DNA of 64,000 nucleotides from an uncultured Candidatus Saccharibacteria bacterium (lineage in GTDB: Bacteria; Patescibacteriota; Minisyncoccia; Phycocordibacterales; UBA918): the NCBI GenBank assembly GCA_964350985.1, contig CAYGLK010000001.1, positions 158,636-222,635 on the forward strand, in the 5' to 3' direction. The notes under the pieces were generated by a model. That model was not told where the DNA came from, ran no database searches, and saw only the letters and a program-made list of their open reading frames with translations. The position numbers and the translations under genes were made by a program. Numbering within the stretch: position 1 is the first letter of the stretch; each line of letters begins with the position of its first letter. Shown here piece after piece: positions 34,132 through 43,872 of the stretch.

Positions 34132-35397
34132 ATGCGACAGTCACAACTATTTACCAAGACAAGAAAAGAGGCTCCAGCTGATGAGGTGTCAAAAAATGCA
34201 CAACTCTTGATCAGAGCTGGTTATATTTCTAAAGAAATGGCTGGGGTGTACGCATACTTACCGCTAGGTTTAAGAGTACAAGAAAAAATAAAACAAATAG
34301 TTAGAGAAGAAATGGATGCTATCGGTGGCCAAGAGCTGATCATGACTGCGCTACAAAATAAGCAGATCTGGGAACAGACTGGGCGTTGGGACGATAAGGC
34401 TGTTGATGTTTGGTTTAAGTCAGAATTAAATGCCGGTGGTGAAGTTGGTTTTGGCTGGAGTCATGAAGAACCAATCGGTAACATGATGAAGACTTACATC
34501 AGTAGTTACAAAGATTTACCAAAAACTGTCTATCAGTTTCAAACTAAACTCCGCAATGAATTAAGAGCAAAAAGTGGCATTATGCGCGGCCGGGAGTTCG
34601 TCATGAAAGATGCTTACTCATTTTCTGTGGGCGAAGAAGACCATAATGTTATCTACGAAGCGATGAAAGTTTCTTATATGAATGTTTTTAGGCGAACAGG
34701 AGTAGGTGATGACACCTTCATTACTTTTGCTTCAGGTGGAGCTTTCACGGAGTTCAGTCATGAATTTCAAACTATTTGTGACGCAGGGGAAGATATTTGT
34801 TATGTTTCAAAAGAAAAAAACATCGCTATTAATGAGGAGGTATATTCACCGGAGACTTTAAAGGAGCTCGGAGTTAGCGAGTCAGAATTAGAAAAAACTA
34901 GCACTGCAGAAGTTGGTAACATCTTCAATTTCGGCAGACAAAAAGGTGAAGATATCGGACTTCATTACAAAAATGAAGCAGGAGAAAATGTGGCTGTTTG
35001 GATGGGTTCATACGGAATTGGAATTACTAGACTCATGGGTGTGATCGCTGAAAAATTTGCTGACGAAAAGGGATTAGTATGGCCAGAGAGCATCGCTCCA
35101 TTTAAGGTTCATTTAGTAGCTTTAAATACTGATAACCAAGAACTGGTTGACTGGGCTGATGGTCTTTATACTTCTCTTAAAGAAAAGGGAGTTGAGGTTC
35201 TATACGATGACCGTGATGCTAGGGCCGGGGAAAAGTTTGCTGACAGTGACTTGATCGGTATCCCTTACCGGATTGTGGCTAGCAAAAAGAATAAAGAGGA
35301 GGGAAAATTTGAGGTTGTCACACGAGCTACTGGTGAAGTTAGAAACTTAACTGAAGAGGAAATATTTACTGATTTTGATAGTAATCCAGATACGTAG
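34132..35397 (+). CDS. proS: proline--tRNA ligase (short form, 421 aa)
   Basis: The N-terminus MRQSQLFTKTRKEAPADEVSKNAQLLIRAGYI and the class II motifs are typical of ProRS. Confidence 0.85.
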   Translation: MRQSQLFTKTRKEAPADEVSKNAQLLIRAGYISKEMAGVYAYLPLGLRVQEKIKQIVREEMDAIGGQELIMTALQNKQIWEQTGRWDDKAVDVWFKSELNAGGEVGFGWSHEEPIGNMMKTYISSYKDLPKTVYQFQTKLRNELRAKSGIMRGREFVMKDAYSFSVGEEDHNVIYEAMKVSYMNVFRRTGVGDDTFITFASGGAFTEFSHEFQTICDAGEDICYVSKEKNIAINEEVYSPETLKELGVSESELEKTSTAEVGNIFNFGRQKGEDIGLHYKNEAGENVAVWMGSYGIGITRLMGVIAEKFADEKGLVWPESIAPFKVHLVALNTDNQELVDWADGLYTSLKEKGVEVLYDDRDARAGEKFADSDLIGIPYRIVASKKNKEEGKFEVVTRATGEVRNLTEEEIFTDFDSNPDT

Positions 35398-35411
35398 TAC
35401 AATCCTTACCC

Positions 35412-36485
35412 ATGAGTCGCATCTCCAAATACTTAAATAAAATACTAGCCTCAGTCTCTACTGATATTGCTATTGACCTAGGGACTGCAAATACTTTGGT
35501 TTATGTAAAAGGAAAAGGGATTGTTTTAAATGAACCTACTATTGTAGCGATCAATAAAAAAACCGGACAATTAGTAGCAGTTGGCCATGAAGCGAAGACA
35601 ATGCAAGGAAGAACCCCGCAGCATATTGAAGTAGTGCGCCCACTAGTAGACGGAGTGATTTCTGACTTTGAAGTTACAGAAGAAATGCTTGGTTATTTAA
35701 TTAATAAAGTTCATAGCGATATCCGAACTTTTATTGCACCAAGAATTCTAATTGGTGTACCTTCTGGTATTACAAATGTAGAAATGCGTGCCGCTAGAGA
35801 TGCTGCCAAGAATGCTGGAGCACGCGAAGTACTTTTGATTGAAGAACCAATGGCAGCTGCTATTGGAGCAAAGCTTCCTATTGGTAAGGCAGTCGGAAGC
35901 ATGATTATTGATATTGGTGGAGGCACTACTGATATTGCGGTAATTTCTCTAAGTGGACTGGTGGTTTCTAAGAACTTGCGTGTCGCTGGGGATCATCTAA
36001 GTGCTTCAATAACTTCATATGTCCGAGATCAGTTTAAGATTTATGTTGGTGAAAAGACGGCCGAGGAAGCGAAAATAAACTTAGCCAATGTTAGAGAGAC
36101 TAATGAAAGTGGAGAAATGGTTGTTCGTGGTAGAGACGTTATGACAGGACTTCCACGAGAAGTAATTATTACCGCTAGAGATATTCATGACGCTATCGAA
36201 AATCAAGTTGATATTATTGTTGAATCTGTGAAGTTGGTCTTAGAAAAAACACCACCAGAAGTTCTGGCTGATATAATGCAGAGAGGTATTCATCTCTCTG
36301 GTGGAGGAGCTCTTATTCCAGGCCTAGCTTCTTTCTTGGAAGAAGCTCTTGAAGTACCAGTGATCGTTGTGCCTGACCCACTGCGAGCAGTGATCCGAGG
36401 GGCTGGTATCGTAATTGAAAACCTAGAATTATATGAACAAGTACTCATCGACAACGAAGGCGAACTATCGCCACAACTCAACTAA
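35412..36485 (+). CDS. mreB: rod shape-determining protein MreB (second paralog)
   Basis: IAIDLGTANTLVYVKGKGIVLNEPTIVAI, DIGGGTTDIAV. Confidence 0.9.
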   Translation: MSRISKYLNKILASVSTDIAIDLGTANTLVYVKGKGIVLNEPTIVAINKKTGQLVAVGHEAKTMQGRTPQHIEVVRPLVDGVISDFEVTEEMLGYLINKVHSDIRTFIAPRILIGVPSGITNVEMRAARDAAKNAGAREVLLIEEPMAAAIGAKLPIGKAVGSMIIDIGGGTTDIAVISLSGLVVSKNLRVAGDHLSASITSYVRDQFKIYVGEKTAEEAKINLANVRETNESGEMVVRGRDVMTGLPREVIITARDIHDAIENQVDIIVESVKLVLEKTPPEVLADIMQRGIHLSGGGALIPGLASFLEEALEVPVIVVPDPLRAVIRGAGIVIENLELYEQVLIDNEGELSPQLN

Positions 36486-37365
36486 GACCAAGTCAAAATC
36501 AAGGTGGTTAATTATATTGATTGGCTTGGTTATTCTGGGGCTTATTTTCCCGTGGTTTTTCCCTAAGATCTCAGCTGTAATTCTTTATCCCTTTCACGCT
36601 ACTTCTACATGGATAAAGACATCAGAAGGAGTATTTCCATTGTATTTAAGATCAAGAGGTGAGTTACTTCAGGAGGTTGAGGATATGCGAGTGCAGTTAT
36701 CGACTGGGGTTGGTACACAGCAATCAATTCAACGTCTGCTGGAAGAAAATATGAGCCTACGTTCTTTACTTAAGATGGGTAAGGATGAGGAGCGTCTTGT
36801 AGCTCGTGTATTGCAGAGACCAAATATCTTACCTTATGATTTATTACAGATTGATCAAGGTAGTCAAAATGGAGTTGTATTAGGAGCACCAGTTTATAGT
36901 GGAGTCGATTCACTAATCGGTATTGTGGTTAGTGTGGACACAACTTATTCTTTCGTTGATTTGTTTACTTCTCCTGGTTTTATTTCTACGGCCTATATCT
37001 TTGGCCCTGATGTTTTTGCACCTTTAGAGGGTGTTGGTGGTGGTGTAGCTAGGGTAAAACTGCCTCAAGGTGTACCGATTGAAGTTGGTCAGTTGGTTAT
37101 CTTACCTGGAGTCTCAAGTGCTATTTATGGTGAAATTATTGAAGTTCAAAATGAACCAACTCAACCAGAACAGTATGGATACATCACACCTCCGTTGGCG
37201 ATCAATAATTTACTATATGTATCAGTTGGAAGACAGTCAGTGACTGAAACCGATAATGTGATTATTGATGATGAGGTTAGAAAATCTTTGCGCCAAGAAA
37301 CTATTATTACAAACGCTTCAACAACCGCTGCAACGACAAGTACTACGACTGTACCTGAGAATTAA
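36433..37365 (+). CDS. mreC: rod shape-determining protein MreC
   Basis: N-terminal TM, a coiled-coil, a beta-domain motif (GAPVYSGVDSLIGIVVSV), and its position after mreB. The start may be downstream of the track start; the 5' end overlaps mreB. Confidence 0.65.
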   Translation: MNKYSSTTKANYRHNSTKTKSKSRWLIILIGLVILGLIFPWFFPKISAVILYPFHATSTWIKTSEGVFPLYLRSRGELLQEVEDMRVQLSTGVGTQQSIQRLLEENMSLRSLLKMGKDEERLVARVLQRPNILPYDLLQIDQGSQNGVVLGAPVYSGVDSLIGIVVSVDTTYSFVDLFTSPGFISTAYIFGPDVFAPLEGVGGGVARVKLPQGVPIEVGQLVILPGVSSAIYGEIIEVQNEPTQPEQYGYITPPLAINNLLYVSVGRQSVTETDNVIIDDEVRKSLRQETIITNASTTAATTSTTTVPEN

Positions 37366-37366
37366 T

Positions 37367-37621
37367 ATGAACATGATTACTCGACTAATATTTATTTTAA
37401 TTATTATTTGGAGCTTAGTTGCAGGGTTTCTTTGGTTGAGCGCACCTTTGGTTATTTGGTATCTATTTAAATATGACGCCGTGGAGTTACTTTTTGTTGG
37501 GGTATTAATAGATGCTTATTATCAACTCTTCTACCAAGTGCCAATTTTTACCATAACTATGACCGGACTCTATCTTTTCTTTGATTTTATCAAGCCTCAA
37601 TTATTGATGTATACTGAATAG
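37367..37621 (+). CDS. mreD: MreD-like small polytopic membrane protein
   Basis: MNMITRLIFILIIIWSLVAGFLWLSAPLVIWYLF...; identified only by its position between mreC and pbp2 and its hydrophobicity. Confidence 0.35.
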   Translation: MNMITRLIFILIIIWSLVAGFLWLSAPLVIWYLFKYDAVELLFVGVLIDAYYQLFYQVPIFTITMTGLYLFFDFIKPQLLMYTE

Positions 37622-39313
37622 ATGAAGTGGTTTTTCAAAAAGAAAAAAATCAACCTAGATCTTGAAGAAGTTTTGTTAGATTCTTCTAATATTCCTGCTT
37701 TTAATCAAGCTCGTCTAGAAGGAAAGCGGGAACTGCCAATCCTGCCAAGAACTGTTGGTTTTGTAGGTTTGGTGGCCATTATGTTTGGCTTGCTTTTCTT
37801 TGGTAAAATTTTTGACCTCCAGGTAACTCAAGGAGCTGAGTTTAAACAAATTGCTGAAAGAAATAGTGTCGATAAAGCACTTATCATTGCAGAACGAGGA
37901 GTTATTTATGATCGAAATGGAGAGTTGGTTGTCTGGAACGAAGTAGACCAGCGGGGGATTCATGACTTTCCGATTAGAGCTTACACCAACCGTCTAGGTC
38001 TAGGCCAAGTTTTAGGTTATGTAAGTTATCCAAAGACAGATAGTCGAGGTTTTTATTTTAGAACAGAGTACCTGGGTCGAAGTGGGGTGGAGCTAGCCTA
38101 TGACGATCAGCTCAGAGGCCAGAATGGTGGAAAGATTGTGGTGGTAGATGCGCTCTCTGATGTGGTCGGCGAACATGCTATTTCTGGCGCACTGCCAGGT
38201 AAGGCCATTAATTTATCCATTGATGCTGAGCTTTCTGAGGCGATGTATCAGATTATCTCTACTTCAACCACTCAAGCAAACTTTCGTAGCGGTGCCGGAG
38301 CGATTATGGATATCTACACGGGTGAATTGATAGCCATGACTAGTTTTCCTACTTATGACCCTGAAGTAATGGCTAATGGTTTTGATGTTGAGACTATTGA
38401 TTCATACAATAACGATGACAGGTTACCGTTTTTAAATAAGATGATCAGCGGCGCTTATACTCCTGGATCTGTAGTAAAGCCTTTTTTGGCTTATGCAGCT
38501 TTAGCTGAAGATGTTATTGATCCTAACAAAGAGATTGTCAGTACCGGCGAGATCATAGTTCCAAACCGTTTTAATCCAAGCAACCCAGCTCACTTTACGG
38601 ACTGGCGGGCACACGGAGTAATGACTATGCGTGAAGCTATCGCTTTTTCATCAAATGTCTATTTTTATATTATTGGTGGAGGTTTCGGTGATCAAAAAGG
38701 TCTAGGTATTACAAAAATGGCTGAGTACTACAGACTCTTTGGTTTAGGTACAACAACCGGCATTACTATCGCTCCTGAGCAAGCTGGAGTCGTGCCAGAC
38801 CCAGAATGGAAACAAGAAGTTTTCCAAGATGATTGGCGGCTCGGCGACACCTACTTCACTGCCATTGGACAGTTTGGTTTTCTAACAACTCCAATACAAA
38901 TGTTAAGAGCATATGCAGCACTGGCAAATGGAGGCATGCTTGTCGAGCCACATGTCATAAAAGACAAACAGGGAACTGTCAAAAATTTAGCTTTAGACAA
39001 ATCTTATCTAAAGATTGTTCACGAAGGAATGAGAAAGACAGTAAATTTTGATGGTGGTACAGCTAGAGCCTTTGATCGTAAAGATGTAGCTATAGCAGCT
39101 AAGTCTGGAACAGCCGAAGTTGGCGCCGGAAACGCCTATGTTAACTCTTGGGCAGCCGGATTTTTTCCATACGAAGAGCCTCGTTACGCTTTTATTTTGA
39201 TGATGGATAAAGCACCAAGAAGTAATGCACTTGGAGCTACTCGGATCATGGGAGATGTGGTGGAATGGATGTCAAAAAATCGTCCAGAATATTTAGGAAT
39301 AGAAATTGAGTAG
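37622..39313 (+). CDS. mrdA: penicillin-binding protein 2 (elongasome transpeptidase)
   Basis: SxxK in GSVVKPF, SxN in SSNVYF, KSG in KSGTAE; N-terminal TM anchor. Confidence 0.85.
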   Translation: MKWFFKKKKINLDLEEVLLDSSNIPAFNQARLEGKRELPILPRTVGFVGLVAIMFGLLFFGKIFDLQVTQGAEFKQIAERNSVDKALIIAERGVIYDRNGELVVWNEVDQRGIHDFPIRAYTNRLGLGQVLGYVSYPKTDSRGFYFRTEYLGRSGVELAYDDQLRGQNGGKIVVVDALSDVVGEHAISGALPGKAINLSIDAELSEAMYQIISTSTTQANFRSGAGAIMDIYTGELIAMTSFPTYDPEVMANGFDVETIDSYNNDDRLPFLNKMISGAYTPGSVVKPFLAYAALAEDVIDPNKEIVSTGEIIVPNRFNPSNPAHFTDWRAHGVMTMREAIAFSSNVYFYIIGGGFGDQKGLGITKMAEYYRLFGLGTTTGITIAPEQAGVVPDPEWKQEVFQDDWRLGDTYFTAIGQFGFLTTPIQMLRAYAALANGGMLVEPHVIKDKQGTVKNLALDKSYLKIVHEGMRKTVNFDGGTARAFDRKDVAIAAKSGTAEVGAGNAYVNSWAAGFFPYEEPRYAFILMMDKAPRSNALGATRIMGDVVEWMSKNRPEYLGIEIE

Positions 39314-39374
39314 TAGTTTTACCTGTTATTTACTAGATATTATATTTCTTAAAAAGCAATATATTTATCAAAAT

Positions 39375-39402
39375 TTGACCTATGGTTTCAAGTGCGTATA
39401 AT
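39375..39402 (+). promoter_or_regulatory. sigma70-like promoter for greA: TTGACC-16-TATAAT
   Basis: Seen directly, about 20 nt upstream of the greA ATG. Confidence 0.45.
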
Positions 39403-39422
39403 TGGGTAAATTAAATTGTATT

Positions 39423-39893
39423 ATGAATGACACACAAGCTTTTTTAACCGCTGAAAAGTTCGAGGAATTAAAAAAAGAGCTCGACCACTTAAAAACAGTA
39501 AGACGAAAAGAAGTCGCTGAATCTTTAGAATACGCACGTAGTTTGGGAGACTTATCAGAAAATGCTGAATATCAAGAAGCTCGCGATATGCAGGCTGCTA
39601 TCGAAGAAAGAATTGGTTACCTAGAAAAGACAATCAAAGAAGCAAAGATTGTTGCTCACGAAAAGAAAGGAGGTGTAATTGGTTTAGGGTCAGTTGTAAC
39701 AATAGAAAAGGATAAGGAAAAAGGTGGAAGAGTTTACACTATTGTTGGTTCAGACGAAGCTAATATTCACGAAAAGAAGCTTTCATATCTTTCACCGCTT
39801 GGAGAAGCTTTAATGGGAAAGAGTAAGGGAGATGATTTTAATTTTGAGACGCCAGCAGGGAAGCAGAAATATAAAGTATTAAAGGTCGAGTAG
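39423..39893 (+). CDS. greA: transcription elongation factor GreA
   Basis: LTAEKFEELKKELDHLKTVRRKEVAESLEYARSLGDLSENAEYQEARD is the GreA N-terminal coiled-coil signature. The track start at 39402 is a TTG; the ATG at 39423 is preferred. Confidence 0.85.
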   Translation: MNDTQAFLTAEKFEELKKELDHLKTVRRKEVAESLEYARSLGDLSENAEYQEARDMQAAIEERIGYLEKTIKEAKIVAHEKKGGVIGLGSVVTIEKDKEKGGRVYTIVGSDEANIHEKKLSYLSPLGEALMGKSKGDDFNFETPAGKQKYKVLKVE

Positions 39894-40055
39894 TTTAAAC
39901 TATTCAAAATTCCCATCTACTTTGTTGCGTTCGTCGCTCACAAATTCACTGTACACTTGTACACCTCATGTGTTTGCTCCTCCGCGCCGCGTAGCTGGAA
40001 ATTTTTAATTAGTTTAAATAACTTGCGAATCGTAAAATTCTTTGTTGCACCAAGA

Positions 40056-40094
40056 AAAAGACCGGCGCCTTACGGCGCCGGTCTTTTGCGTTTC
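40056..40094 (+). terminator. Rho-independent terminator about 160 nt after greA and 30 nt before lysS
   Basis: aaaagaccggcgcc-ttac-ggcgccggtctttt followed by GCGTTTCG. Confidence 0.6.
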
Positions 40095-40124
40095 GATCAT
40101 TAACACGCTATCATTGAGCTACTT

Positions 40125-42011
40125 ATGTCAGGATTAGATGAAGTGCGCGCAGAGCGCCTCAAAAAACTAGAATTACTAAAATCAAAAGGAATTAACCCTT
40201 ATCCAGGAAAGGTAAATCGCACACACGAAATCAGTCAATTATTGGCTGACTTTAGTAAGATTGAAGCCAATAAAGAAATCGTTACTATTGCGGGAAGAGT
40301 TATGGTTGTTCGAGGTCAAGGAGCAATCATGTTTGTAGTGCTTCAGGACGCCTCAGGTAAGCTCCAAGCAGTTTTTAAGGAAGATGGTATCGATGCTGAG
40401 CTATTCCAACTTTTTAAGGATGTGGTTGATGGTGGGGACTTTATCGAAGTAACCGGAAGTCTCTTTGTTACCCAAAGAGGAGAGAATTCTGTCTTAGTAG
40501 AATCATGGCGCATGATCACAAAGAGTATTTTACCTTTACCTGACAAATACCATGGTCTGCAAAACGAAGAAGAACGTTTTCGTAAGCGTTACCTAGATCT
40601 TCTTGGGCGAGACGAATTAAGAGAGATGTTCAAACGAAAAGAAAAGTTCTGGGATGTTACTCGGTCGTTCTTGAAGGATCAGGGCTTTACTGAAGTTGAA
40701 ACACCAACTCTAGAGATAACTACTGGCGGAGCTGAAGCTAGACCTTTTGCAACCCATCACAATGACTTCGATCTTGAGGTCTATCTCCGGATCTCTATCG
40801 GTGAACTTTGGCAGAAGAGACTACTGGCTGCTGGTTTTGAAAAAATATTCGAAATAGGACGAGCTTACCGAAATGAAGGCAGTAGTCCAAACCATCTACA
40901 AGAATTTACGAACCTAGAATTCTATCAAGCTTTTGCTGATTACGAAGATGGTATGAGGTTAGTTGAAAGCCTGTATCGGACAGTAGCCGAAGAGGTTTAC
41001 GGTACAACTAAATTCACTAGAGGGGAGCATACTTTTGATCTAGCAGATGACTGGGTACGAGTTGACTATGCTGGTGAAATCAAAAAACAAACTGGAGTAG
41101 ATATTACTACTGCCACTGAAGCAGAAATAAAAGAGAAGCTCAATACACTAAATGTAAAATACGATGGCGAAAATCTAGAAAGATTAACTGACTCTTTGTG
41201 GAAGTATTGTCGAAAGAATATTTCTGGACCAGCTTTCTTAATTAATCATCCAAAGTTAGTTTCACCACTAGCTAAAGCAGTCGTCGGTAATGAAACAGCC
41301 ACGCAACGTTTCCAACCGATCATTGCCGGAACAGAAGTAGGGAATGGGTACTCAGAGCTGAATGACCCAATAGATCAGCGGGCACGGTTTGAAGAACAAC
41401 AAACTCTGATTGATCGAGGTGACGCTGAAGCGATGATGCCTGACTTCGAATTTGTTGAGATGCTTGAGCATGGAATGCCGCCGGCATGTGGGTTTGGTTT
41501 CGGTGAAAGACTCTTCTGTATCTTTGAAGATAAGCCAATTCGCGAGACACAATTTTTCCCGTTGATGAAGCCAAAGGAATCAGAATCAGCTTTGTTAAAC
41601 AAGGAAAAAGAAGTTGCTGTAGTGATAATTGACACTAGTAAGTTAACAGAATCCTGGCAAATATTAAATACAGTGGCTCATCTTTCTGCATCTTTTGCAG
41701 CTCGCGATGGTAAAAAACTTTTTTTCACAGATAGCGCTAAAACAAGTGACGGAAAAAATGTTCCAATGAATATTCAACATGCAATTATGATAAAAAAAGG
41801 AGTTGGATTATCTTTAAATATTTCCGATTTACCAGCGAACTGTGATTTTTTCCCATTTACTCGTGAAATGATCGAAACAACAAATGATAAAAAAATTATC
41901 ATTTCTTTGAAAGAAAAAAAATCTGCTGATGTTGAGTTACTGGGAGTGTTAATCTTTGGACCACGAAGTGTAGTAGAGAATTATACAAAAGATTACGAAC
42001 TATATTCTTAA
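40125..42011 (+). CDS. lysS: lysine--tRNA ligase (class II) with a ~140-aa C-terminal extension of unknown function
   Basis: N-terminal anticodon-binding OB fold (GRVMVVRGQGAIMFVVLQDASGKLQAVF) and class II motifs. The protein is 628 aa vs about 500 aa typical. The C-terminal tail is not similar to anything recognised. Confidence 0.85.
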   Translation: MSGLDEVRAERLKKLELLKSKGINPYPGKVNRTHEISQLLADFSKIEANKEIVTIAGRVMVVRGQGAIMFVVLQDASGKLQAVFKEDGIDAELFQLFKDVVDGGDFIEVTGSLFVTQRGENSVLVESWRMITKSILPLPDKYHGLQNEEERFRKRYLDLLGRDELREMFKRKEKFWDVTRSFLKDQGFTEVETPTLEITTGGAEARPFATHHNDFDLEVYLRISIGELWQKRLLAAGFEKIFEIGRAYRNEGSSPNHLQEFTNLEFYQAFADYEDGMRLVESLYRTVAEEVYGTTKFTRGEHTFDLADDWVRVDYAGEIKKQTGVDITTATEAEIKEKLNTLNVKYDGENLERLTDSLWKYCRKNISGPAFLINHPKLVSPLAKAVVGNETATQRFQPIIAGTEVGNGYSELNDPIDQRARFEEQQTLIDRGDAEAMMPDFEFVEMLEHGMPPACGFGFGERLFCIFEDKPIRETQFFPLMKPKESESALLNKEKEVAVVIIDTSKLTESWQILNTVAHLSASFAARDGKKLFFTDSAKTSDGKNVPMNIQHAIMIKKGVGLSLNISDLPANCDFFPFTREMIETTNDKKIIISLKEKKSADVELLGVLIFGPRSVVENYTKDYELYS

Positions 42012-42030
42012 TTAATCATTACTTAAAAAA

Positions 42031-42072
42031 CAGCCGGATTTTCTTTCAGAAAATCCGGCTGTTTTTTATTTT
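42031..42072 (+). terminator. Rho-independent terminator after lysS
   Basis: cagccggattttct-ttc-agaaaatccggctg followed by TTTTTTATTTT. Confidence 0.65.
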
Positions 42073-42100
42073 CCAAAATATATTGCTACTTATACACAGA

Positions 42101-42167
42101 AAGTGTGAATAAGTGATTGCTTGTGGGTTGAAGTGGTATACAATGTAGGAGTGGTGGGAGATAGTGG
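42101..42167 (+). promoter_or_regulatory. mraZ promoter (TTGCTT-16-TACAAT) with a series of about 10-bp-spaced (A)GTG(G/T) direct repeats; a candidate MraZ operator
   Basis: gaAAGTGTGaatAAGTGATtgcttGTGGGttgaAGTGGTatacaatgtaggaGTGGTGGGagatAGTGGaa seen directly, about 40 nt upstream of mraZ. Confidence 0.4.
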
Positions 42168-42201
42168 AATAAACGGCGCAAGTCGTATAGACTAGTCGAA
42201 T

Positions 42202-42636
42202 ATGTTAATAGGTGAATACAAACATACGTTGGATCCCAAAAAACGGCTGTCCTTGCCGTCTAGATGGCGCAAGGAACTTGGGAAAAAGCTTGTAGTCACC
42301 CGTGGACTCGACAACTGTCTCTTTGTATATCCGCTCCGGGAGTGGCAGAAGATCACTGAAAAAATTGGTCAACTGCCGCTCGGACAGGCGGATACAAGAA
42401 GTTTCAATCGATTCTTCTTATCAGGAGCTGTGGAAGTGGAGGTAGATTCAGTTGGACGTATTCTCGTGCCAGACTTTTTGAAAGACTTTGCAACCTTGAG
42501 TACCGGAGTGGTACTTGCAGGAATCCATAGTCGGATCGAAATTTGGGATGAGAACAAATGGACAGAGTATAAACGCAAAATCGAATCACAAGCTGATGCA
42601 CTCGCAGAGAAGCTTGGAGAAATTGGCGTCCTTTAA
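42202..42636 (+). CDS. mraZ: transcriptional regulator MraZ
   Basis: MLIGEYKHTLDPKKRLSLP... with the duplicated DXXXR-type MraZ domains; first gene of the dcw cluster. Confidence 0.9.
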   Translation: MLIGEYKHTLDPKKRLSLPSRWRKELGKKLVVTRGLDNCLFVYPLREWQKITEKIGQLPLGQADTRSFNRFFLSGAVEVEVDSVGRILVPDFLKDFATLSTGVVLAGIHSRIEIWDENKWTEYKRKIESQADALAEKLGEIGVL

Positions 42637-42648
42637 CTCATCTACACC

Positions 42649-43548
42649 ATGAAGCACATCACAGTACTACAGCAAGAAGCGGTAGAGTCTCTATCACTTA
42701 AATCAAACAGTGTCATCGTTGACGCTACGTATGGTGCTGGTGGTCACGCAAAACTAATTTGCGAAGAGTTAGGGAAGAAGGGAGTTTATGTCGGCATAGA
42801 TGCTGATAAGCAAGCATTTGCAGAAAATTCTTTGTCAGAAATAAAAAATGGACCGACGGTTCATTTAGTTAATGACAATTTTGCAAATTTATCGAACATA
42901 TTAAGTTCTTTGAATATTAAAGAAGTAGACGGGATTCTGGCTGACCTTGGTTGGCGTACTGATCAATTCACTGATGGAGGAAAAGGTTTCTCTTTCAATG
43001 CTGATGAGTCGCTACTGATGACTTATGGTAACCCAGAAGACTATATTTTCACTGCCCTAGATATTGTAAATTCTTGGGACGAAGAAAATATAGCTGACAT
43101 CATCTACGGCTACGCTGAAGAGCGTCACTCAAGAAGAATTGCAAAGAGTATCGTTGAGGCTCGCAAGAAAATTGAGATAAAGACATCAAGCCAGTTAGCC
43201 AAGATAATCAATGACTCAGTACCAGGGTTTTATAGGGCAGGGAAGATCCATCCTGCTACAAAAACTTTTCAGGCTCTACGGATTGCGGTTAACGACGAAT
43301 TCGGAGTACTAGAAAAATTCATCAATCAAGCTTTGGATTCATTGAAAGATAATGGCGTCCTATCAATCATTAGCTTCCATAGCCTAGAAGACAGAATCAT
43401 TAAGCTACGTTTTAGAGAAGCGGCTAAGAGTGAAGATTTTATTTTAATCAACAAGAAGCCGATTGTAGCCAGTAGAGAAGAGCTAGTAGAGAACCCAAGA
43501 GCTAGAAGCGCAAAGTTAAGAACAATTATGAAGATAGCCTCCACTTAA
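42649..43548 (+). CDS. rsmH: 16S rRNA (cytosine1402-N4)-methyltransferase RsmH
   Basis: HITVLQQEAVESL...VDATYGAGGHA is the RsmH/MraW signature. Confidence 0.9.
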   Translation: MKHITVLQQEAVESLSLKSNSVIVDATYGAGGHAKLICEELGKKGVYVGIDADKQAFAENSLSEIKNGPTVHLVNDNFANLSNILSSLNIKEVDGILADLGWRTDQFTDGGKGFSFNADESLLMTYGNPEDYIFTALDIVNSWDEENIADIIYGYAEERHSRRIAKSIVEARKKIEIKTSSQLAKIINDSVPGFYRAGKIHPATKTFQALRIAVNDEFGVLEKFINQALDSLKDNGVLSIISFHSLEDRIIKLRFREAAKSEDFILINKKPIVASREELVENPRARSAKLRTIMKIAST

Positions 43549-43551
43549 TTC

Positions 43552-43866
43552 ATGAAAATATCATTTACACATAAACAAAATAATCACTTAATTACATCAG
43601 TCTGTATCGCTTTCTTTATTGTAAGTGTCATAGCTTATATGTATTTTTTAAGTCTTTCGGTTGTTCATGTGGTAATGCGTAAAGAAGCTGATCAAAAAAT
43701 CAGTCTAATGCGCTCAGAAATCTCAAACCTAGAATCTTCATACATCGAAGCAAAACACCAAATAAGTGCTAAGGTTGCTAGTTTAGATGGATACAAGAAT
43801 AATCAAGAAAAAATATTTATCAGTCGTGTTGAGCCGAGTTTGGTACTTCGGACTCCAAATTTTTAG
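43552..43866 (+). CDS. ftsL: FtsL-like cell division protein (bitopic membrane protein with a coiled-coil)
   Basis: Position between rsmH and ftsI; one TM helix followed by a helical region. No sequence signature. Confidence 0.4.
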   Translation: MKISFTHKQNNHLITSVCIAFFIVSVIAYMYFLSLSVVHVVMRKEADQKISLMRSEISNLESSYIEAKHQISAKVASLDGYKNNQEKIFISRVEPSLVLRTPNF

Positions 43867-43872
43867 TACTCC

